Of a stretch of DNA of 64,000 bases, positions 30,881 to 39,684 are shown one piece after another. Below the pieces are notes generated by a model. It ran no database searches. It had not been told where the DNA came from and saw only the letters and a program-made list of their open reading frames with translations. The first letter of the stretch is position 1. Each line of letters begins with the position of its first letter. The DNA comes from Methyloceanibacter sp. (GTDB lineage: Bacteria; Pseudomonadota; Alphaproteobacteria; Rhizobiales; Methyloligellaceae): positions 20,752 through 84,751 of the forward strand of contig JARFRF010000138.1 in NCBI GenBank assembly GCA_029287395.1, read 5' to 3'. The translations under genes and the position numbers were made by a program.

Positions 30881-32144
30881 AGACTTTCTTTTTCTTCTTG
30901 CCCAACGCCACTGCGAGTTCCTCTTTGGTGAGCACGGGAACGCCCGGGCCTGCATCCTTGCTGGTCGCAGCTTTGACGGCGACCTCCGGCAGCGTGTCGC
31001 CCACTTTGAGTGGCTCAAGACCGCCAGCCGTCAGGACGCTCTTGCAGGCTTTCGGGAGGTCCTTGAGCTTACCGCGTTGCTTCCGATCCGAAACGCTCGG
31101 TCGCCGCCGAATTGGATCGAGCGGGCTGAAGCCGTTGTCCGTCGCCCATTTCGCAGAGATCTTCAGCTTCTTATCCCAATACTTAAATGCCTTGGCATCG
31201 CAACCGATGTCGTCCGAAACTGGTGCCTGGCTGTCACAGCCTGTCATGCCACTCGGGCAGTTCAAGCGTACGTGGAAGTGGTAATGGTGATTCCACCACG
31301 GGCGGACCTTTGCCAGCCAAGCCTTGTTCTTCCCAGCGACATCCGCGCGCTCGCACAGGGCTTTCTTGATGGCGGGATGCACGAAGATCCGGCCAACCTG
31401 ACGGTACGATGCTGCGCGTCGTATCAGCTTCACCTGCAGGTCGGTAAAGACCTCAGTGTCGACGGTGAAGGGATCCTTCAGCATGGAAACAGCCGTCATT
31501 TCCTCGCGCTCTTCCTCGGTGAGAACGCGGTCGGGCATCGGCGTCAGCCAGATGTCTGCATCAAGTCCGATCTGATGGCTGGTGTGGCCGGTGAGCATCG
31601 GGCCGCCGCGAGGCTGCGAAAGATCGCCCACCAGAAGTCCCGGCCAGCCATCCAAGGCATGCGCGTCGCTCGCGAGCCGCTCCATATAGTCAATCAACTG
31701 CGGGGCGCCCCAGTTCCGATTCCGCGACACGCGCATCACCTGCCAGTCTGGTCCGTTGATCGGCAGCGCGACCCCACCGGAAAGGCACCCTTTGGTGTAG
31801 CCGCCGATCGCCCGGGCCGCGAGCGGCGCAGGCCCTGCCACGGATCCAAAAAGGTCATTAGCAGGCGCTAGCTTCGCGGCGGGGATGTTCTTGGGTGGGT
31901 CTGGCCGGCGCAAAGGCAGTTCCATAGGGATGTCCGCCTGGGCCGCATCGCCCTCGCCCTCCTCATCGCCGGCGCTAACGTCGAGAGACTGAGGCTGAGT
32001 AAGGGCCGCATCCCGCTTGGGAGGCTTGGCGTCCGGCGGGGCGACATGCTGAGGGCGCAAAGCACCGGGCGGTGAGGCCACTTCGGCCACCGCAACACTA
32101 ACCATCAAGATCAAAACAGGCAGGCTTAGGATGAGCCTACGCAT
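30846..32144 (-). CDS. mepA: Penicillin-insensitive murein endopeptidase MepA
   Basis: Signal peptide; G.Y.KGCL.G, SRNRNWG, GDLSQPRGGPM..GHTSHQIGLDADIW, RPWW.HHYHFHVRL.CP. Confidence 0.92.
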   Translation of the reverse strand: MRRLILSLPVLILMVSVAVAEVASPPGALRPQHVAPPDAKPPKRDAALTQPQSLDVSAGDEEGEGDAAQADIPMELPLRRPDPPKNIPAAKLAPANDLFGSVAGPAPLAARAIGGYTKGCLSGGVALPINGPDWQVMRVSRNRNWGAPQLIDYMERLASDAHALDGWPGLLVGDLSQPRGGPMLTGHTSHQIGLDADIWLTPMPDRVLTEEEREEMTAVSMLKDPFTVDTEVFTDLQVKLIRRAASYRQVGRIFVHPAIKKALCERADVAGKNKAWLAKVRPWWNHHYHFHVRLNCPSGMTGCDSQAPVSDDIGCDAKAFKYWDKKLKISAKWATDNGFSPLDPIRRRPSVSDRKQRGKLKDLPKACKSVLTAGGLEPLKVGDTLPEVAVKAATSKDAGPGVPVLTKEELAVALGKKKKKVSMQVPERNPIR

Positions 32145-32396
32145 TGTCCCTCAGCCACATGCTGTGCCCCGCTAGCTGACGACGAACTTAAGAGTCTACC
32201 ACAAACACGACCAACAGTTGGAGCCCCCTAAGGCGGGTCAATCTTTTGGACATTCGGATCAGTCGCACGCTCCAGCGCCATTCAGGAGATGTTCAGCCGA
32301 TGGCCCTAGACTGACCCGTGTCATAGGTTGGGGGGCATCCATGCTTCCATGCTGCCGATCCTGAGTGCAAGTTGAACTGTGGAGGAGACACAACAA

Positions 32397-32822
32397 ATGC
32401 GACGTTTCTTGGTCCTGATCGCCATACTTGGCGTCGCAGCATGTCTGCCAAGTGTGGCCTTTGCTGGCGTTGTAGCAACGATCGACTTGTCGACCCAGCG
32501 CATGTACGTCTCCGTGAATGGTAAGCCGACTTACACGTGGAAGGTGTCTACTGCGCGGCCCGGCTATCGAACGCCCACTGGGACCTATAAGCCTTACAAT
32601 CTCGTCAAATTCCATCGATCAACGATCTACGACGGCTCCCCGATGCCCCATTCCATTTTCTTCAAGGGCGGTTACGCGATTCACGGCTCGTATGAGACGA
32701 AGCATCTGGGGCGTCCCGCATCCCATGGCTGTGTGCGGCTGCACCCATCGAACGCCGCGCGGCTTTACGCGCTCGTACAGAGGCACGGGAAGAGCAACAC
32801 CACGATCCGCATCACGCGATAA
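32397..32822 (+). CDS. L,D-transpeptidase (YkuD domain), exported
   Basis: Signal peptide; VSTAR.GY.TP.G, AIHG, GRPASHGCVRL; SD GGAGGAG. Confidence 0.93.
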   Translation: MRRFLVLIAILGVAACLPSVAFAGVVATIDLSTQRMYVSVNGKPTYTWKVSTARPGYRTPTGTYKPYNLVKFHRSTIYDGSPMPHSIFFKGGYAIHGSYETKHLGRPASHGCVRLHPSNAARLYALVQRHGKSNTTIRITR

Positions 32823-32927
32823 ATCGGCAGACTGACTTGCGGCTGAAATGTGAGTTGAGAGCTTGACCGAGCCATGTTGGCGCGTGACGGTTAGCACTCA
32901 ACAACAGTCACAAGATCAGAGGGACGC

Positions 32928-33644
32928 ATGCACAATCGCCATGACCGCTTAAAACTCTCTCGCCGCGCGCTTCTCGCCGGTGCAGGCTCATTTCTCGCGG
33001 TCGGGGCATTGCCGCATTTAGCGGCGTGGGCGCAGGACGAGGCTCCGCCGCCTAACGCGATTCCCCCTGCAGAAGCGCTTGAGCGTTTGAAGACCGGCAA
33101 TGCGCGCTATGTTTCCGATGGCGGAAAGGGGCGCGATTTTTCAGCCGGTGACGCTACGCGAGTGGATAAGCAATATCCGATTGCAGGGGTTCTATCTTCC
33201 TCCGATAGCCCCGTCCCTCCTGAGATCATTTTCGACCAGAAGCCGGGAGATATCTTCGTCTCACGCAACGCGGGCAATGTCGTCAGCAACTACACGCTTG
33301 CGAGTTTGGAGTTCGCCGTCAGCTACCACGGCATACCGCTCATCTTCGTGCTGGGTCACACCGACTGCAGCGCGGTCTTGACCGCCCTCAGCGCGACCGT
33401 CCAGCGCAAGCAGTTGCCGGGACATCTTGGTGAGATTGTGAAGGCGATGGAGCCGGCGGTGATCGCGGCGCACGGTAAGCATTCCAGCGATCCGCTCAAC
33501 ACGGCGGTCGAAGAAAATGTTCGGCTCGGCGTAAAACGGATAAAGAAGGATTCCAAGCTGATAGGCGATGCCGTGCTGGCGGGAACGCTAAAGGTCGCCG
33601 GCGGTGTCTTCGACGTTAAGACGGGTGTCGTAACGTTGATCTAG
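32928..33644 (+). CDS. Tat-exported beta-carbonic anhydrase homologue with a degenerate active site
   Basis: SRRALL Tat motif; ALERL..GN.RY, PE.IFD...GD.FV.RNAGN, LGHTDC; CxDSR motif reads SSDSP. Confidence 0.88.
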   Translation: MHNRHDRLKLSRRALLAGAGSFLAVGALPHLAAWAQDEAPPPNAIPPAEALERLKTGNARYVSDGGKGRDFSAGDATRVDKQYPIAGVLSSSDSPVPPEIIFDQKPGDIFVSRNAGNVVSNYTLASLEFAVSYHGIPLIFVLGHTDCSAVLTALSATVQRKQLPGHLGEIVKAMEPAVIAAHGKHSSDPLNTAVEENVRLGVKRIKKDSKLIGDAVLAGTLKVAGGVFDVKTGVVTLI

Positions 33645-33652
33645 CGAGGGTA

Positions 33653-33691
33653 CGATGCAGGTGCCCGAACGCAACCCGATTCGATAGCGGT
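33653..33691. repeat. Right arm of the 39-bp inverted repeat (copy of mepA last 10 codons plus stop)
   Basis: CGATGCAGGTGCCCGAACGCAACCCGATTCGATAGCGGT. Confidence 0.95.
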
Positions 33692-34038
33692 GGCGGGCGG
33701 ATGCTTGCGGTTGGCTCGGTTGCGGCGGGAGCCACATACTCCATAGGAACGCTTTTTGGGGCGAGTAACGATTGAAGCGCCGCGCACGCTGCGCGGAACC
33801 AGCCTGAACGCTTGCCGGAAGCCGTAGTTGTGCCCAAACCCTAGAATGTGCGGCTCCCGGACCTGTTCCGCCTTTCCTGCGCCGCTCTAGGACTGCCGCT
33901 GGGGCACAAGCTGCAGCAAATCGTTTCAATTTGAGACAATTTGGAGAGAAGTTTGCCGAAAGCGGCTTCAAAGACGAGACAAGCAGCGTTTCGGCGCCTA
34001 GGATCGGCGCGATCGGGGAAACTGCTCAGCACATCGTC

Positions 34039-34932
34039 ATGACACCTTCAATTCAGAGTGCCTGCTCTCGGGTCTGTATTGCCTGCGCGATGCTCGTATC
34101 GCTCTTCCTGATTGGGCTCGGGCCACGCGAAGCGCATGCGCAAGATGCGCCGGACGACTCCGTGTCCGCGTCGGAACAGGGCGCCGAAGCCGGGGGCACG
34201 GCCGAAGAGCCGTCTGGTGCATGGGATATCTCAAGACCATGCGACAACGTCCAACATCCCTACCAAGCGGAGGTCTGTCAGCAGACGCGTGTCGCAGATG
34301 CCTCCGAGAGCACGGCGCGGCTGTCACGCTTGATCATGCTGATTGGCCTCGCGGGTGTTGCACTGCTGCTGCTGATGCTGTGGCCGGTTATTGCGGCCGC
34401 GCTTGCCGCGCGCCGAGCCGCGTCCAATAGCTCGGCCCGGGAGCGTCGCGCGCGATCGCCAAACTCGGCGTATCGCGAAGCCGAGTTACGGGCTTATGTC
34501 GATGTGGAGTCCCTTGAATTTGTCGACACCCCGGAGGCCGACGGCGTGGTCAAAGTCAAGATTGCCTTCCGCAACTCTGGCCAAACGCCCGCGTTCAAAT
34601 TTGAAGATTCGGTGGAGATGGAGGTCGTCAATACCGACGACGATGAGCCGTTGCCCACCCGGTCCATCTCGGACAATGCGTCGGCCACATCATCGCGAGC
34701 GCGCCTTGGCCGCGACGCGACCGCGATAGCGATTGCTCAATGCGAATCGACAGCCAAGCTGGCGGATCGGGTCACGAACGGCGAAGCCATGATCCTGGTA
34801 TGGGGAGAGGTCGGATATGACGACATTTTCGACCGTCGGCATCAAACGGTCTTCCAGTATGTCTGCAACGCCGAAACCTTGGAAACGGGTGAGATGTTCC
34901 GTCCCATGACGCGCGAGGCAACTGCGGATTAA
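34039..34932 (+). CDS. Hypothetical membrane-anchored protein
   Basis: Signal-like N-terminus, Cys pair, TM helix, then ELRAYVDV-led beta-rich domain; start uncertain (ORF from 33931). Confidence 0.7.
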   Translation: MTPSIQSACSRVCIACAMLVSLFLIGLGPREAHAQDAPDDSVSASEQGAEAGGTAEEPSGAWDISRPCDNVQHPYQAEVCQQTRVADASESTARLSRLIMLIGLAGVALLLLMLWPVIAAALAARRAASNSSARERRARSPNSAYREAELRAYVDVESLEFVDTPEADGVVKVKIAFRNSGQTPAFKFEDSVEMEVVNTDDDEPLPTRSISDNASATSSRARLGRDATAIAIAQCESTAKLADRVTNGEAMILVWGEVGYDDIFDRRHQTVFQYVCNAETLETGEMFRPMTREATAD

Positions 34933-34973
34933 GCACTTTTTGCTTCGTCGATAGCCTCAAGACCAGCTCTGGC

Positions 34974-36275
34974 CTACGCAGGACTTTGAGTACTGGAACG
35001 CGGTTCGCGAAAGCTCAGGGCCATAAGACCGCCGAGAGCAGCCGCAGCTGCGATGAAGAGCATCGCGGCGGAGAAGCTTCCCGTTGCTTCTTTCAAGATT
35101 CCCACAACATAAGGCCCAGCGAAGCCCGCGGCGTTTCCCATGGAGTTGACGAGCGCAATGCCTGCGGCTGCGCCCGCGCCTGTGAGGAGCGCGGTCGGAA
35201 GCGTCCAAAATGGAGCGAATGCTGCGTAGAGCCCAAGCGTCGCAAGTGTCAGCGCAACCATTGTCGGAATGAGCGGACCCGAATAGGCGGTCCAGGCAAA
35301 GGAGGCCGCTGCCAGAAAGAGTGGTAGGGCAATATGCCAGCGTCGTTCGCTTCTGTGGTCCGAATGACGCCCCCACAGCACCATTGCGATGGCGGCGAAG
35401 AGATAGGGGATCGCAATCAGGAAGCCGACGGCAAGCGAGCCCAATCCGAAGCCGCCAATCACCTGCGGCATCCAAAACCCGATCCCGTAAAGGCCGATTA
35501 CCATTAGAAAGTATAGACAGCCGAGTGCGAGGACGCGTGGCCGCGTGAGCGCCGCGCGCAAGTCTGCGTAGCCGACAGACTCAGTGTGCTTGGACTCCCG
35601 TGCTATCGCCTCCGACAATGCCGTTCGCTCTTCGCTAGTTAACCAGGTGGCTTCTTCCGGCCGGTTCGTGAGCACCTTCAATGCAAGCAGGCCGAGGATG
35701 ATGGCTGGCAGTCCCTGGATGACGAAGAGCCATTGCCAGCCCTTGAATCCAAGAATGCCGTGCATCTCCAGCAATGCACCTGACAAGGGGCCACCGATGA
35801 CAGTTGCGAGCGGCACCGAGGCCATAAAAACGGCGACGATGCGGGCACGCACCTCGGCAGGAAACCAGAACGTCAGATACAGAATGATCCCTGGAAAAAA
35901 CCCGGCCTCGGCAATCCCAAGGAGCGCACGCGTTACATAGAAGCTCATCTCCGAGTGAACGAGCGCCATGGCGCAGGCCACGATGCCCCAAGAAATCATG
36001 ATACGCGCAATCCAAATGCGCGCACCGAAGCGCCGCAAGGCGAGATTGCTCGGGATCTCAAACAGGATGTAGCCGATAAAGAAAACGCCCGCGCCAAAGC
36101 CGTACACCGAGGGCGAGAATCTCAGATCCTCGTTCATGCTCAACGCCGCGAAGCCCACATTGACCCGATCGAGAAAATTGACCGTGTAGGCAAGACACAA
36201 GAACGGGATCAGACGGATAGCCGCTTTTCGGATCGCCGACGCAAGGGCGGGTGCTTCGCCTGTCTGACGCTCCAT
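34974..36275 (-). CDS. MFS transporter, anion:cation symporter family (tartrate/phthalate/HpaX-like)
   Basis: RLIPFL, DR.NVGFA, FEIPSN, RIMISWG, EAGFFPG, GWQWLF. Confidence 0.92.
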   Translation of the reverse strand: MERQTGEAPALASAIRKAAIRLIPFLCLAYTVNFLDRVNVGFAALSMNEDLRFSPSVYGFGAGVFFIGYILFEIPSNLALRRFGARIWIARIMISWGIVACAMALVHSEMSFYVTRALLGIAEAGFFPGIILYLTFWFPAEVRARIVAVFMASVPLATVIGGPLSGALLEMHGILGFKGWQWLFVIQGLPAIILGLLALKVLTNRPEEATWLTSEERTALSEAIARESKHTESVGYADLRAALTRPRVLALGCLYFLMVIGLYGIGFWMPQVIGGFGLGSLAVGFLIAIPYLFAAIAMVLWGRHSDHRSERRWHIALPLFLAAASFAWTAYSGPLIPTMVALTLATLGLYAAFAPFWTLPTALLTGAGAAAGIALVNSMGNAAGFAGPYVVGILKEATGSFSAAMLFIAAAAALGGLMALSFREPRSSTQSPA

Positions 36276-36350
36276 CGGGTCTTCGGTTGGCGTATGCTGC
36301 TAAAGAGAATCGGAACGATTCGGTCAGCACCGTATAGGAGGATACAACCT

Positions 36351-36941
36351 ATGGCTATCCCAGTAGATGCTGCGGCTGCCGTGCTCCGCGAAGCAATGCG
36401 AGAGACCGTGAAGCGGTATTCTTGGTGGTACCTGATTCAGGGCATATTGCTCATTGTTGCAGGGGTGCTCGCGATCCTTTCGCCGATCATTGCCTCCGTC
36501 GCGATTGTGTCTCTGCTGGGCTGGGTCTTGATTATCAGCGGCGTCTTGCAGGCCGTTGGGCTGATCGGCGCGAGCAACGTTCCCCATTTTTGGTTGCAGC
36601 TTATCTCGGCGGTCCTCGCGATCCTGATTGGCGTCCTGCTGCTCCGGTCTCCAGAGGGCGGCCTTCTCGTCATGACGATGCTGTTGATCGTCTATTTCAT
36701 GGTAGAGGGGATCGCGAAGGTGATCTTTGCACTGACGATCCGCCCGTTCCCCAATTGGGGCTGGGTCCTCGGAAGCGGCCTTGTGGGCATCGTCTTGGCG
36801 TTTGTCCTGTGGGCCAACATGCCATTGTCGGCCGACTGGGTCCTGGGCTTTATGCTGGGGGTACTCCTAGTCAGCGAGGGAGCAGCGCTCACCTATCTTG
36901 CGTGGCAAGTCCACAAGGCGCCGGCTGAGAAGAGCGGCTAG
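36351..36941 (+). CDS. HdeD/DUF308 family membrane protein
   Basis: About six TM helices, W.L..G..L...G, WGW.L.SG; SD AGGAGG before ATG 36351. Confidence 0.85.
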   Translation: MAIPVDAAAAVLREAMRETVKRYSWWYLIQGILLIVAGVLAILSPIIASVAIVSLLGWVLIISGVLQAVGLIGASNVPHFWLQLISAVLAILIGVLLLRSPEGGLLVMTMLLIVYFMVEGIAKVIFALTIRPFPNWGWVLGSGLVGIVLAFVLWANMPLSADWVLGFMLGVLLVSEGAALTYLAWQVHKAPAEKSG

Positions 36942-38203
36942 GGCGCTTTGGTCTCCTTCAGGAAGCGGGCGTAGATGTAGCCTTGCTGTTGGGTTTTCGG
37001 GTCTTGGACGCGTACCCAATTGCCTTCGCGCCCGACCACGCGAAGCTTTGTGCCTTTCAGCAAGACCTTGTTCGACCCTGCGTCCGAGGACGGTCCCTTC
37101 CGGATGTTCACCGGGCTTGCGACCTCCATCCACTTTTCCTGAGCCGATAGCCCCGCAGCTGCTCGTACGAACATCGTCAGTGGTCCAGGTTTCGCATCCT
37201 GTTCGGATGCCAGGAGTTGCGGTCCTGCTAAACTCACCGCCGAGGCGCGGCCGCTAGCAACTCGCTGGGTCTTTGGCTGGCTCCGAGCGGGTGGTGGTGG
37301 CGTCACGGTTTGAGGCTCGATCGCAGACGCATCGTCGTTTCTTGTGGGTGTTGCCTCGGCCATTATGCCTGCACGCTCCAGGGCTTCCGTGTTGTTGACC
37401 CAACTCTCCGTCAGTCTACGGAGCGTTATCTCACGGTCGGCAATGCCAAGACCTGCGGCTCTGGCGTACCATTTAGCCGCTTCTGCCCGGTCTGGCTTGA
37501 TGCCTTGGACTCCCATGCGCGCAATGATTTCGGGATCGTAGGTCGCGCCCACGGCAATTGCGGCCTCCCCGCTGCCGACCTCCGCGGCGCGCCGGTAATA
37601 GGCCCTCGCGCCCGCGAAGTAGCCTACGTCGATCATCTTTTGCCCATGGGCCATCAAACCCTCGATCCGATCCATCTCCCCTGCACGCACGGCAAAGCTC
37701 GAATCTGAAAATGCGGTCGCCTCTGGCTCAACAGTCGCAGGGGCTTCGGGTTCGCCAAGCCTGGGATACGGAGCCTCGGAACGCGGCGGGTGGACGTTTA
37801 TCGCCAATGCCGCGGAGGCATGAGGCGGTTGGCTTGTCGGCCAGACGATGAAGGAATCTTGGAAGACCTGATCCAGGTCGAGATCGCTGATACCGCCCAG
37901 CCACATCATGCCCGCAACAAGTGCGGTCGCCGACACCAAGCCCGCGGCGATTGAGAGGGCAATGGCCCTCGATCCGCGGTTTGATCGGCGCGACGCAGGC
38001 GGGACGGATGGCAAAACGGTCGGATCGGCGCTGGCTCTTCGGCGGATGGTATCTGGAGCAAAGCGCTGCGCGAGAGAGTATGCGCCATAGTCAGCATTCG
38101 CAGCTGCTAGCCGCTCCGCGAGCGGCGAGGCCACGCTAAGCTGTTCTGCGAGACGCAAGACCTCTTCCGGAACACCGTCTTGTTTTAGTGCTTGCTGGAC
38201 CAC
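36938..38203 (-). CDS. Membrane-anchored protein with Sel1-like repeat and C-terminal SH3b domain
   Basis: TM AIALSIAAGLV..; ARAYYRRAAEVG..AA..VGATYDP...A.KWY.RA; VNIRKGPS...G.W..V......GYI...FL; SD GGGAGG. Confidence 0.8.
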   Translation of the reverse strand: MVQQALKQDGVPEEVLRLAEQLSVASPLAERLAAANADYGAYSLAQRFAPDTIRRRASADPTVLPSVPPASRRSNRGSRAIALSIAAGLVSATALVAGMMWLGGISDLDLDQVFQDSFIVWPTSQPPHASAALAINVHPPRSEAPYPRLGEPEAPATVEPEATAFSDSSFAVRAGEMDRIEGLMAHGQKMIDVGYFAGARAYYRRAAEVGSGEAAIAVGATYDPEIIARMGVQGIKPDRAEAAKWYARAAGLGIADREITLRRLTESWVNNTEALERAGIMAEATPTRNDDASAIEPQTVTPPPPARSQPKTQRVASGRASAVSLAGPQLLASEQDAKPGPLTMFVRAAAGLSAQEKWMEVASPVNIRKGPSSDAGSNKVLLKGTKLRVVGREGNWVRVQDPKTQQQGYIYARFLKETKAP

Positions 38204-38246
38204 GATAACCTCCCTGTAAACATGCCAGTAGCATCTGGCGCTGTTC

Positions 38247-39365
38247 TTAGTTTGCGTGCTGGGACTCGCTCCACGCCTTAAACGCGCGGAACAACTCTTC
38301 CTGGTCCTCCTCGGAAACGGACTGGACGCTTATCGTGCTGTGCGACTGCGCTAGGAAGTTCTTGAAGCTCTCACGCTCCTCTGCTTCGGCGAGTGCGGTC
38401 TTTCTTGCAGTGTCGATCCAGGCCTGCGCTTGTGAGGCGCGGGGCCACTCCTCAAGCGTCGCGGCGAAATTCACTTCGCGCCATTTGGGATGGTTAGGTG
38501 GCTGCTGAAGCGAATCGAAGGTCGTGAAGAAACGATCTACGAACTGCTGGAGCTTCGCCTGTTGCTCGGCGTTGTCGTCGTCCTTGCGGGCGACGAGCAC
38601 CGCACAGATGCCAATCGTGTCGATCCGTGCACCGGGGTCGATCAGCGTGGGGTAGTCGGCGTGGGTGAGTACCGTCGGGTACGTGTCATCCTCAAGCCCC
38701 TGCGGGTAGGGCACAGGCAGCAACTTGAGACCCGCCTTCGCGTCAATCTGCGAAAGACCAGCGATGGGTGTCGTGCCGATCAGGATCATCGCGTCGATTT
38801 GGCCGGCCTTCAGCTTCTCCAGCGCCTTTGTTGGCTCAAAGTGGGCCGTCTGCACGTCAAGCCCAAGCGCCTCGAAAAGGATCTGAGCGGCGACCTGTGT
38901 GCCGCTTCCGTCGGGCCCAACGTTTACGACCCTGCCCGCGAGATCTTGGACCGTGTCGATGTCGGGGCCGGCGAGGAAATGCAGATCGTCGTTGAAGAGT
39001 TTAGCGACATAAACGACCCGGTCCTTTAGGGGGCCGAGTTCGCCCGTTCGGTCAAAGTGGTAAAGCACGGTCGAATGCGTCACGCCCATATCGACGTCGC
39101 CAAGCGACAGGACGTCTCGCAGCGTTTGGGACGGACCTTGTCCGATCATTGGAACAACCCTTAGCGACCCGTCGCCCTCAACAAGGGCCGCGAGGTCGCG
39201 CGCGATTACGGCGGTCCCATCGAATGTCATGCCAGACATGATCGTGATCAGGTCAGGACTTGATGCGCTCTGTTGGCTTTTGGCGTCCTCGGCGAAGCTC
39301 TCGGTGAGTCCGAAGGGCAGCAGTAAGCACAGCCCAGCCAGTCCAAGGACCAAAGCGATACGCAT
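38247..39365 (-). CDS. TAXI-family (TRAP-associated) solute-binding protein with C-terminal extension
   Basis: Signal peptide; LRV.P..G.G..Q...D, KLFN...H, L.G..VN.G..GSGT, HPKWREVN; start at MRIAL. Confidence 0.82.
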   Translation of the reverse strand: MRIALVLGLAGLCLLLPFGLTESFAEDAKSQQSASSPDLITIMSGMTFDGTAVIARDLAALVEGDGSLRVVPMIGQGPSQTLRDVLSLGDVDMGVTHSTVLYHFDRTGELGPLKDRVVYVAKLFNDDLHFLAGPDIDTVQDLAGRVVNVGPDGSGTQVAAQILFEALGLDVQTAHFEPTKALEKLKAGQIDAMILIGTTPIAGLSQIDAKAGLKLLPVPYPQGLEDDTYPTVLTHADYPTLIDPGARIDTIGICAVLVARKDDDNAEQQAKLQQFVDRFFTTFDSLQQPPNHPKWREVNFAATLEEWPRASQAQAWIDTARKTALAEAEERESFKNFLAQSHSTISVQSVSEEDQEELFRAFKAWSESQHAN

Positions 39366-39684
39366 GACCAATCCCTCGTAACAACGTCCCCCAGCCCGAA
39401 TGGAAAGTGATGTATTCGTCTCTGTCAAGTAGATATGAGTAATAATACAGTAATAATCACCAAATAAACAAAAGTATGTCAATTCTGCAGCAACTTAGAC
39501 TACAAAAAGGCGATTATTTAGAAATATAGACAAGTATATATACGGCGCAGGGGCTGTTAGGACTGCGTCGATAGGTGGGCAATATTTACAAGGCACGCGA
39601 AATCGCGTCCGGAGCGCGGGTGCTGCATCGTTAACGCGAGTGAAGCGATTTGGTTTCCGTCGGACGCGTTGAAAGGGACCTAGC

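Noticed and set aside
32891-32917. CIRCE element upstream of the CA homologue
   Set aside because: Only the left half TTAGCACTC is present; no GAGTGCTAA after 9 nt, and one 9-mer is plausible by chance.
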